Positions 25,401 to 37,400 of a stretch of DNA of 64,000 bases are shown one piece after another. Source of the stretch: Phoronis australis (taxonomy: Eukaryota; Animalia; Phoronida). Location of the stretch: NCBI GenBank assembly GCA_002633005.1, contig NMRA01000138.1, positions 817,986 to 881,985 of the forward strand, given 5' to 3'. Positions within the stretch are counted from its first letter, which is position 1, and the number at the start of each line of letters is the position of its first letter. Below the pieces are notes generated by a model. The model worked only from the letters and a program-made list of their open reading frames with translations. It was not told the origin of the DNA and did no database searches. The position numbers and the translations under genes are program-made.

Positions 25401-28400
25401 AGAAGTGCAAAAATTTTCTAAGAAGAACGGTTGAGTAACAGAACACAGTGATAATTGAGTATTAGAACATAATGGTTATTTCGAAACGAGAACATTTATT
25501 AACATAATTACGGTCAAGCATGTTCTTTTGATTTGCTTGCTGCTTTGGTGTGCTTTCCTTGTATAGATGCAGCTGTCCTTTGGTTTATTATTGTTTAACT
25601 TTTTTCAAACTTCTGTTAACGCCCCTTTTAGTGATTATGTGTGTTCTCCATAAATTAGTTTAGGCATGGTAATTTAACCAATAAAAGCAATAATTGCTTT
25701 TTGCTGAAAGTTTTTGAGTAACATTTTCACTACCATAATTTGCTTTGGTTTATAGATTTTCTCTTCCTTATCTTGTTACAGTTTAATTTAAGTCTGAACA
25801 TTTTCGCTACTTATAATTTGCTCTGGTCGAATGATTTTCTCTTCCTAAAGTTGTAACAATTTTAAATCCTCTTCATTCGATTTTACGAAAATTTCCCTGC
25901 TTTTTTGGCTTTTGCAACATTAAATTTGTCAAATTTCTTTGATAATTAGATTTTAAGAAAATGTTCAAATGTTAGAACTTACTTGTGTAGTTTTAAGTAG
26001 ACTACGTTGTTGTCATTTTAGAGTGACAATCCGTTATTTTGTTTCAGTTAACGTAGTATGTAAACGTTCAGTAAAAGTTTCATGTAAGTCGTGACCACGG
26101 TAACATTTATCAACATTCATTTTTGTTCTTCCAGGTGACTATGGCCACACCCCTGGTCTTGGGTTGCTACGGTTACACAGCACCTACCGACATGACCTTA
26201 AGATATATGCGTCTGATGAAGGGCGAGTTCAAATGACAGCAGCTGCATTTGCAAAGGTGGGCCGATAGAATTTGATGAATCATTTAGAGAACTGTATCTG
26301 GCTGTACTGAAACTTAAATTTGTATTACGACTGGAACTCAGAGTGACTATGAATCTATTTTCAATGACTTTGCCTTTTTGTTGACATTGTTTGGGTGTCT
26401 TACAGTCGCTCTTAGCCAATAAATAACTTTTGAAAAGTAGTCATGGTAACCATCATGTGACATAACTTTTATGGCCCTCCAGCTTTTCTGTACAAATTGC
26501 CTAAAACATCTCACTCACGTATCTTTGTTAATGGTATTTTTGTAATTAAGTAAGCTTAAAGTGCATTTATGTCTCTCACACCAAGTTGTCTAGTGAGTCA
26601 CCATTTGCTTCCAGAGAATCTCCTATACTTAATAGTTCGAGTTTCTGGTCATATTTTGATATGGACAGTGTTTCAAGCCATGTGATAATAGCAATTTTAC
26701 GTTCATAGTAATTGTGGTATTTGTGTTTTGTAAGCGTCTTTGTTGTTAGGGATTACTGGCCTTAGAGGGTGAGCTGACACCAATACTTGTGCAGATGGTG
26801 AAAAGTGCCAATACAAACGGTCTTCTTGACAATGATGCGGAGGCAGCCAAGTACCAGTCAATGTGAGTACTCACCTGACCACTTTTGTAGCAGTTTAGTT
26901 GCGCGTTATTGAGTGCTTGGTACATCACTGATGTCTAAAGGCCCTTTAATTGACTTTTTGATGTTTTGGGAGTTGCGATGAGTATGAATGTTAACTTTGG
27001 TCCTGGATCGAAGTTAACAATGGTAGTTAACTTTGCAGTGAACAAGTAGATTTAACAGCAGAGTGTCGACGCTTCAGCGCAGTATGAATAATCAAGTTCG
27101 GTCTCATCGATGACTGGGACACCTACCGTTTACTTTGATGTCCATAATTAACTCCCAAAGCCGATATGAATGGTTCAAATTAATTTCACATTTTACATCG
27201 ACGCTTCTGTCATACTGGAGTTATGTTATTATGTTTTTCAGTCACTGTGTTAGTTAATGGATTGGTCTTTGGGTTTGCAAAATAATGTGATTGATGAAAT
27301 ATTCCTTTTACAACACCATCATCATTTCGCTACTATTGCTTGCATTCTGTTAATGGTGGCCAAACAAACTGTTATTAACCATGACGTGTGTCTAAGATAA
27401 TCAGTGAGAACTGACAATGTTGACTTTGACAAAGGATTTGTTGCCTTCCAGAGTGAAGTTCAAACTGCACTCAATACTCAACCAGAACTGTGATTTTAGT
27501 GACGAAGACTTGCAACAGGTCTGTTTACTTAAATCAACTGTCTGGCACTTCTGATAGTATTTTACAATGGTGTCATGCAGAAGGGACTAGACAAGTGTTA
27601 AATAGATGTCAAAACTCATTACTGGTGCTAAAATGTAAGACAGCCCTATTATAAAATCATTATAATTGAAATCCATTATTTTGAGTTGCCATTTTGTCTA
27701 TGCACAGCAGCTGGAACCTTTGAGTTCACTACAAAATACCCTACAGATGGCAGTGTAGTAGGACATCTTAACATGTGTTACCTGTTCCTAGAAAAGACTT
27801 CACAAGATATCCTACGACAGCCTCTGTTGACACACTGGAGTATGACCACACCTCAAGACAATACGCATTGACATGGTCTTCTTTACAATACAAAGCTGTG
27901 TAGTCTATATTGTTTATCAATTGTAATGGCACAAGGTTAGTTATGACGTTCTGCGTCTTACTGTCCTGGAGAAGAACATTTGTGTCACTGATCAAGCCTC
28001 CCACTAATTAAATATATCTGAAATAAAATTTTAAGAAAAAGGATTCAACTCAATCTCGGTCATTTTGTTGAAGAGAAGAAGATGTATTAGAAACATGACA
28101 AAAAGTAAACATTGATAATGTACTTGGACATCATAGTCAAGATAATTAAGCTCTTAATAAGGTGTTTGTGATGTGGTTGGTAAGTTACTTACTGTTTTAT
28201 TCACCCAGCTGGCTCCAGAAGGCAACACATCAGTGTTGAATGCTGCGCGCTTCGTTCAAAATCCATGCCAAGTGTGTGTCAAGATACACCAGCACATGCG
28301 CAGTTTGTTAGAGCGAATCAAGGAGTTACAGAAAGAGGCTGCTGGTGGTGTAGGTAAGAGTCTGTAATGAAACGGTAAAAGTCTGTTAGGAGGGACTGTA

Positions 28401-31400
28401 AGGTCCAGGAGAAGAGCAAAGGGTCTAGGAGGACGTCTATGGGTCTATAAGAAGATGGTAGAGATATTTGTGAAGTTCAGTGGAGGGCAGCATGGGCCCT
28501 TGAGAAGTTGTTGTCTGTGAAAGAATGACAAGGATTTATGAGGGGACAGTGAGGGTATATGCCGAGGCATTAAGAGTCTTTGAGGGTTGGCTAAGATAGC
28601 ATGAGTGTTAGCAAGGGTTCATTGGGGGACAGAGTGATCCTCACAGGAACTATTAGGGTTTGTAAGGGGATGGCCACCAGGTAAATGTCTGTGTGAATGG
28701 GCAGCAAAGATTCATGAGATAATATTAATTGTAAGTGATGAGAGAATAAACATCTGAAGGTTTGGGAGAACAGTCCTTACAGAGAAGATATAGGTCCATG
28801 AATGAACAGTTAGACAGTATAAATGTCTATTAGTTCATCTTAGCTTCACTGTTAGGTAATAACTCCCTTGCTCATTGCGCTAATCCATTAAAGGATGTAG
28901 GATGAGCCTTAACATACTTATCTCTAGATTCCATGCAACATGGCAGAATTATGAGGTTTGCCTCATTGTGGCAATCCTAGTGCTACATTTCTGACAAAGT
29001 TGATATTTGTAAAGAGTGTGGTATGTTGCCATATTTGGACCAACTGGGCTCGTTTTTTTTGCCCCTAACTCAGATAGGAGGGAACTTTGACTTGAGTGTG
29101 TCGTTCATTGCAGAGCCTAAACTCTATCACAGTGAAAACTTAGAGTTGATGTTGCGTCGATGGAGCAAGCTGGAGCGAGACTTCCAGATGAAAAACGGAC
29201 AGTTTGACATCTGCAAAGTACCTGACATATATGACTGCATAAAGTACGACCTGCTGCATAATCAGGATTGTCTCAAGTTTGACCACTGCAAGGAGTTGTA
29301 CAGCCTGGCGAAGGCTATGGCTGACATTGTTATCCCCCTGGTGAGTTGGAAAAATGGGATGTGACTAAATCAGCTGAATACATTGGTGTCGGTCTGTAAT
29401 CAATGAATTTATACCACACTTTTGATTCCATTGGTCAGGCAGAAAAGAAAGTAGTTGAATGTATTGATGCCATTCTCTGGTCAAGAGGCAGTAATCAATT
29501 TCTTTTAGTTTTTAATTAGTGTCTGATATCTGGAACTGTTAGTGAGTCAGAGGAAGGTGATGTTAGTGATCTGATAAAGTGAAAATTGATGGCACTGTTT
29601 ATTCAGTGTAGCTCATTGTAATCTCAGCTAGAGTTTGTTAGGTTGATGATGAGGGAATCTGATTCTCTGCTTTCCAGTGTAAAACGAAAAATAAGGTAGA
29701 ATGATGGAATAAAATGTATGAAATACAAATGACCAGTATATGAAGCTGTTGTAAAATTGGTTTAATCCATTTGAGTGAGAAGATTCAGTTATCAGGTATG
29801 GAGATTTGACTGTTTGTTTCAAACTTGTTTATGTGTGATTTTTTTATTCATAATGTTGTGTGTTTGTAGGTGTTTTGTCAGTGGATGGATATGATGTCTT
29901 TGGTTGTATCTAACTGGGAGAGCTGAATGGAAAGATGGCTTGTAATATTTAGATGATATGACAAGCACTGCTCTTTTTTAGGAGTATGGTATCACAACAC
30001 CAGAAAAGCTGAGTATTGCGCTCACTCGTTCACAGTCAGTGTTGAAGAAGATTCACGGTTGGTTGTCGTTACAGGAATATGGCATTAAGGCTGATGAGAA
30101 GCTTCACATAGCTACGAGTATTGCCTCGCCGCTACTGAGGAAAATTGAGAGCGATCTAAAAACCACACATGAAACCGAAGACGACAGTACTCGCTTAGAC
30201 TCGAGGTAGTACCCAAGGGTCTGTAAGGCAGGCGGCCATCTTGTATTAGTCAGCTGATCAGACTGGCAGCCATTTTGGATCTGTTTAACTATCATAGAGC
30301 TCTGTGTGTTGGTGTGTTAGTTGTGTTCAGTCTGGTTTTTCTGCTTGTTCTTCCTTTCTGTTGGGTTAATTTGTGTTTTGGGTACTGCACTTCATAATGC
30401 TGGTCTAATTTTACCAACAAAAAGAAAAACTTCAGTTTTTCTATATTTCTTAATTCATTACTTTTCATTTATCTCTCTGGGCTGCTCATTAGAAAAATCT
30501 CTCATGTAGTGAGCTCTCCAGTTAAAAGCGTTTGACATCAGTGTGGAGAAGTGTTCCAGGCAATCTTTTGTCCAGCGTCACACACGCTGATACACAATCA
30601 ATTATCTGCCAAGCTTCAAAGAGTTACTATTGATGTCATTTATCATCATTTTATAATCATATGGTTCTTCTCTCAGACAAAAAGATGATAGTCCTACATT
30701 CTTATTGTGGGCTGTTGGGGCTTGCTGTTTCTTGCTTGTTCACTTATCTATTGGCAAAGTACTACACTGGAATATACCATGAAACAGGCCAACTTTCTAA
30801 TGTTATGGTTATTGAGTATGGTGTTCAAAGTAATTCAAATTCAAAGCTTGGTCAGTGATTTTGCTTTATTATGTTCACTCAGAAATTAATTATGGCTGTC
30901 ATCCGTCTATGGATGCTTCTCAGAACACACCACTTACCAGATTGTCACCTGTGACCTCCGTAATACGCAGGTCTGAGCTTGGTTTAATATAAGGCTGAGG
31001 GAGAACCCACTAACAGCATTAGACTAATCCCTGATATGGCCATCTGCTTGCTGTACTGTTTGTCTTGTGTTTTCGTTTGCTAACTGTTGTCAAAGTGCCA
31101 ATATGAACACCGTGTGGCTGAAAAATTTGGCTGAAGTTTGTCAACCATTTTAAGTTGGTATACTCAGAGAAACTAAATCTTATTGCATCAGTGATCAGCT
31201 TATAAGTTCACACAGAGTGCAATATTGCTTTGTTGAGTAAGTACTAGTTAGAATGCCAACATTGCACATGAAAGGTGATTCATATTGCTACTTAAATGTT
31301 TTGTTCATGTTGCCGCATGGTTGGTTTGTTAGTGTTATGTGTAGCATGACATGATTTTGATTGGCAGCAATATGTCGCTGGCGGAGCAAGAAAAATGGGC

Positions 31401-34400
31401 ATTATTGTTTTTAGGGCTAAAAAAAAACGCTTTTTGGGAACATTATTGGATGTGATAGACTTCTTAAAGTAATTAGCTTTTGACCAGAACTGTAAAACAA
31501 ACAGAATCCGTTCAACTTGTTTTTGTGGTGTTATTACAAACCACCAATTCTAGCTGTTACCTGCCAGACATTAGTAAAAATCCAGGCTGGTGTCCTTACC
31601 ATTTAAATACCCTGATAATAATCTACTAATTATGGTGTTGGGTTTGGTTCAGCAATAGTGCATTCGACCGCTGATGTAGAGCTACTGGGTTTGATTCCAT
31701 GCTTCATGCAAATTTTCTAAAATTATTTTTCTCCCTAGGAATGTCCCTCTAAATGACAATTTGGCACCAATACCATCACTAACACCTAATAATGTATGTT
31801 TTGACAATCCAGATATGTATTGTTTTAGAGTGATGTCAAGATTTTAATCAAAAGATCATGTTAGACTATACTTCCACTTGTTGAAAAAGCGATTTTTCAA
31901 TCCCATTCCTTAGTAGAGCTTACCCACAAGGGTTGACACGCTTGGGATATTTTAGTTGAGTTTTTAATGTTTATTCCGAAAAATGCACTCATTTGTATAA
32001 TTACAAGACCTAAGTACAGAAAGCACTAGAAAGCATTATATTTAAAATAATAATTGCTGGCAGTCTGACTGGTACATTTGGTACCACATGTGCAAAGTCT
32101 GCACATGTGGGCTTGTTGCACCGATCACTCGGAACCATTTTTGTGCTTAAAACCGAGCTGAAGAGCTAGAAATCTGACTCAAGGTTCTAGCAATGTGGCC
32201 CAGCAATTCTCGAATCCATGACCTCAAGTAAAGAAAGCAGTCACCTATCACACTAGAACACACTGCCTCCTCAAGCATCATATTTGAGCGTGGTATTATT
32301 TTTTTAAATGAAATTCAATGATCTTCATTGACTTTGAAACAAAACAGGTGTTATATCCTGTTAAGTCAAGGTAATTTTTTGGCAATTCTCTCTACCAATA
32401 TAACATTCCACTTTGCCATTGTCAGAACCCTTGACTTTTTGTGTGTCCGTCGTGTGAAGTCCTAAATATTGCCATTTTACTTGCTCTGTATTTCTTTCTT
32501 TTGCTGAGTTTTTAAAAGATTTATTTACTTGTGTGTTCTGAGTAGTTTAGTAATTTACTCATATTGGATTATGGGTAATCAAAGACATGTGATCTCATGA
32601 AAGACAAGTTTAGTGGACAAGTCCTCACTGTTTCTTTTCTGGGAGGACTTTGCTGACTGAGGTCCTTGTTGTGTGTCACTTTACATAACATTTTTGTACT
32701 GAGCTAAATGTTGAGACTCACAGCATGTAGCAGCACTGCTAACCTCAAATATTGATTTGCGATTATTTTGGTTCATGAGATGTTTTGTACCCTTCTGCTA
32801 ATTTTAGGGTGCTTGAGCTGTCACTGTTTAATGTATACAGTTGTGTGCTTAAGAAGCCTATGCATGTCATTGTTTCACTCTGAAATGTGGAAGTGTAGCA
32901 TTGTTTGTTAATGACTCTTTGGGCATGCTGTCTTGTTGCTGACTTCCAGAGATTTAAGCAGACACGAAAAATTTATTGATGAGGCCAAACAAGAATAATT
33001 GGTTCTAGTCTTTACCCCGACTCATTTTGAGACCTGAGCTCACCGACTAAAAAGTGCCTGCTGGCATCAACTTCAGTCTGCACATAAGCACCTAAATAAG
33101 GATAAGCAAGGGTTGAAGCATGGTTTGCCTTGTGATGATGGAATTAAATTGTTCATTTGAGGTGGATTTTCTTTCTTACAAAAATGAGCAAATAAAAATG
33201 CCACGCTACCTACTCAATTTTCAAAAAAGACCATATCCAACAAATCAAATGCTTTTTTGGCCTAATTGGATGAATCATCTGCTTTAGTTTTAATACTTGA
33301 TATGGCTGTGGCATGCCTCCACAATTAGTTTCTATCTAAACCATTTTTCCTTAATTCCAAGAAATGTTGATAACAAGGACCTCTGTCAGACTAGCAACTA
33401 TGGCTTTGAGATTATGTGATGTCAGACTAGCAACTATGGCTTTGAGATTATGTGATGTCAGACTAGCAACTATGGCTTTGAGATTATGTGATGTCTTTTA
33501 CCTGTTTTCTGTTGTTAGACTACTGCTAGGCTCATGGTTAGACAATGTACTTTTCATGTCTCAATAGTCATAAGCTGTGTCTAGGCTCAACTGACCACCG
33601 GGCCAAAAATGTTTTGGCAGAACTTTGCCTTTTTAATAGTGCAACTTACATCCGATCAATTTACTCCGGCTCAGTTGGCCATATGTATTGACAGAAAAGT
33701 TGTTAACTAGGCTGTACTTGCCTTTTCACGCAGACAAGTGTCCTGCCATTTACAGTTGAGCACAGAGTATGAAACTTCCAAACTTTTCACTTTCTGCTTA
33801 TCACCAGTAGTTTTGTGGATCCACTTGTGATCTTTGACAGCTTGCATACAACTTGTAGTTTGGACACATGTTATTTAGAATTTAAATTATTTAATCATTA
33901 TGTAGAAGTTGATGAATTAAGGCTTAATTAAGATTTATTTAGCTTGTTAATGTTATTAAGCTATTTTGTTTAATGTGTTTTTGAAGCTTTTTGTTGATTG
34001 TGACGAAACTGGATGGAGGAGATATATACGTTTCTCAGCTGTTTTGAACTTTACACCAGTTGTGTAGTAAGTTATGTCTTAAAGAACATGTGTAGTTTCA
34101 CATGGGTTGGACGTGTAGTTTGTGTTACGCGATATGTTTACTGGTGACATACTGGCATGAAAGACAGTTACAACTTTTCAAAGAAAAGCATAATTTATAT
34201 TAATTTATTCACCTGGGGCCAGTTCATAGATATATTATTGTCAGTATTAATTAGTAAATTTTGTTGACAGTTACCTGCCACAAATCCCATGTAAGTGATA
34301 TTCAACAGTGCCAGTCATTTGCAAACCACAAATTACTTTATGTACACACTGTTTTTTCAGGCAAAAAATTAGTTCCATACGTCAGAATTGTTGTTAATGT

Positions 34401-37400
34401 GTTGGTAATGTTTTTGTTATTCTTGTTTTTCATGTTTTTTCTGGATGCTCTGTTGTGTTTTACTAGGTACTCATTAGGTATCTCGACGCCTCATCGCCAT
34501 GTTAAAACGCGATTGTACTTCACAAGTGAGAGCCATATTCATTCACTGTTATCCGTCATACGCCATGGAGGCTTCTTGGACGTAAGTTATGCAAATGCCA
34601 GTTAAGTCTCACCAATTGCAGATATAAATGCTGGTCAAAAGCACCATTCTTAATTTACGCATTTCAAGAGTATCTAACGTGTAAATGAGTGGTGGTAGCC
34701 ATAACTGTAACAATACTTGACAAGAGTAAGTCATCAATGTGGTATTGTTGTCTTAAGTAAAAAGACAAATTGAGTGTAATTTCACTAAATCTTGTTATCC
34801 ATATTGTTCACTGGATTGGCGAGATCATACCGTTAGTATCCTGGCTAGTGTGTGTGTGTGTGTCAAATTAGTTTCACAGATGTGAACAGTTAGTCAGCAT
34901 TATTTTTTTTACAATTGGTCAACATTGTAAAAAAGTGGTTGTGGGCAGTGTATAGCCCAGCACAGGTGTATAGCCCAGCGCAGGTGTATAGCCCATAGCA
35001 GGTGTATAGCCCAGCATAGGTGTATAGCCCAGCTTAGGTTTATAGCCCAGCGCAGGTGTATAGCCCAGCGCAGGTGTATAGCCCAGCGCAGGTCTATAGC
35101 CCAGCGCAGGTCTATAGCCCAGCACAGGTGTATAGCCCAGCGCAGGTGTATAGCCCAGCGCAGGTGTATAGCCCAGCGCAGGTGTATAGCCCAGCACAGG
35201 TGCTAACTTAAAGTAATACGTAAAGTTTTGTAGAAGCCTTTACTTCATTCCTGATCTTGCTTCTATAGGTGTATTGATCACATGTTGAAGTGCTTGAAAT
35301 CACCAATTTTGTATCAAAAACTCCAAAAAACAACCCCACCATTCGATCAGCTGTCAAATCAGAACACTCGCAAATGCTATCTGACGATATGTTAATTAGA
35401 GGAACTCAAGTTACGAGCATTTATTGGTGGAAACATGCTATGAAAAATTGGGACAACCAATCACAAGTCATCCTCCATTGTGTTACAAATAGTTGCTGTT
35501 TGTTTTCCGGTGGTGCTTGTTACAATTTAGTATTTGACCACGCTGTAGCTCAGTCTTTTCACTTTGCTGTGGTACATTGGAGAAGCATAAGTGTGTACAA
35601 GAAACTCGCGTGTTGATGGACATGATGCTGTAGTGCTGGGTACATTCATACGTCCTGCTCATATCTCTGAAGCTATGAAACTTTCAAATTGAAGTCACTT
35701 TTAGTCTTCTTACAACACCTGAAAATTCTAAGAATGCTATCTAGCTTAATAATGAAGACTCAGCCGAAATATGTTGACTTTGTATTAATTCTAAACACCA
35801 CACCGCTGTGCTATTTGTCTGTTTTCATCAGAAATCTGTACTTCACAAGACACGTGTTTTGTAGGATAGCCATGATGAGCAATGGAGGAGAGCCATGGAG
35901 TATGTGAAGGCTGTACCAGAGTTGAACTACATGACTCAGATTGTGATCATGGTGTATGAAGACCCTAATATGGTAAATGAGGGAACAGTGGGCTGGCATT
36001 GAATTAGGGAATGAGAGGGTCTTGTAGTTAAAAATTAAGATCATTGTATAAGGCGACAGTGGGGGTGACTAGTGTTGAAATAAGGAGTGTGAGATGGGTA
36101 ATGTAGATAAACTGCATGACTATAATCTTGGTAGGAGATCGTAATGATAAACAAGGGGTGTCTTAATTAATGTCATGGTATAGAATGAGAGACAGTGTAA
36201 TTTGTACGTGACAACTCAGGTGTTGGTGCTAGTGTATGTGGACTGCAATAATGGTAAATGAAGGACATGTGAGGGTGTGGTAAAATGTGAACCTGTGCAA
36301 TTGTTTAGTAAGTATTCCTTAACTACTTGATACTGTTGATCTTCCGTCTACAATACGTCAGTTAATAATGCAACAAGATTCTCATTGATGAAAGCCTCAT
36401 TCACTGCTGTTTCTAAAAACCTTCACTTGTTTTGGTTTGTGTTTTTGGGTGAAATACTTTTTGAATTTGATAATTCGTCAAGTGTGTGTCTCAAACTGTT
36501 TACAGTTTTCCCCATCATTGCTCCCTCAAATTTATGTTTTTGCTCTTTGAAATCGGTGCTTTTGACATTTCTTAATTGAAATTGCATGTGATGGTGCAGT
36601 GAAGGTATATCATGCTTTTCTGTAACGAAGTTTGCGAGGACTGATGTTTTACTCTTAGAAATTATGACTTTTCCTCATTTTATTTCTCTAGGAACCAACG
36701 TCAGAGGAGAGATATCATGTTGAAATCCACTTCAGCCCAGGTGCTGTTAGTTGTGAGACAGAGAAACATGATGTGCCAGGGACAGGGTACCGCCCCAGGA
36801 GCACCACAAGCCAGGTATGCTGACTGGTTCTTGTTGACCAATAAATTCTTCGTTGCTACGAATACTGACTGGTTCTCTTTGACCAATGAGTTCTTGGGTT
36901 TTAGAATGAGTGTTCATGTCACTGCCTATTAGAATATGAATAATGTAAAGTTACCTTTCAGAGTCATGGAGTTTGTTGAAACCAGTAGCTTTTGGTCTCA
37001 TCTTGAGACCTTCATGAAGTGGAATGGCAGGTAACTGGAGCCTCGCCGTGTTTGTTATGTCGCATGACAAAGATGACATAACAGACATGGTCGAGGCTCC
37101 AGTTACCCGCCATTCCACCCGACGAAGGTCTCGNAAACGTAGTGGTTTCCATAAACATCATGACTCCAAAATGTAACTTTTTATTATACAAGTTCTTAGT
37201 TGATATGCATTCTGATTTGAGTTTGGGATCACCCCAGGATTGTTACATTAATTTTTTAGTGTCATTTTTGATATCATTCATAATCAATCTTTACTTGTTG
37301 ATGACGCACTGATATATTTATTGTGACAACAAGTAGTGAGGTGGATGATCAAGCAATTCTTAGACTATTTATTGCTAATTTTGAAAACAAATTAATAAGC

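Noticed and set aside
34919-35197. LGYTPA-repeat ORF
   Set aside because: Translation of an 18-bp intronic minisatellite; no real start or splice context.
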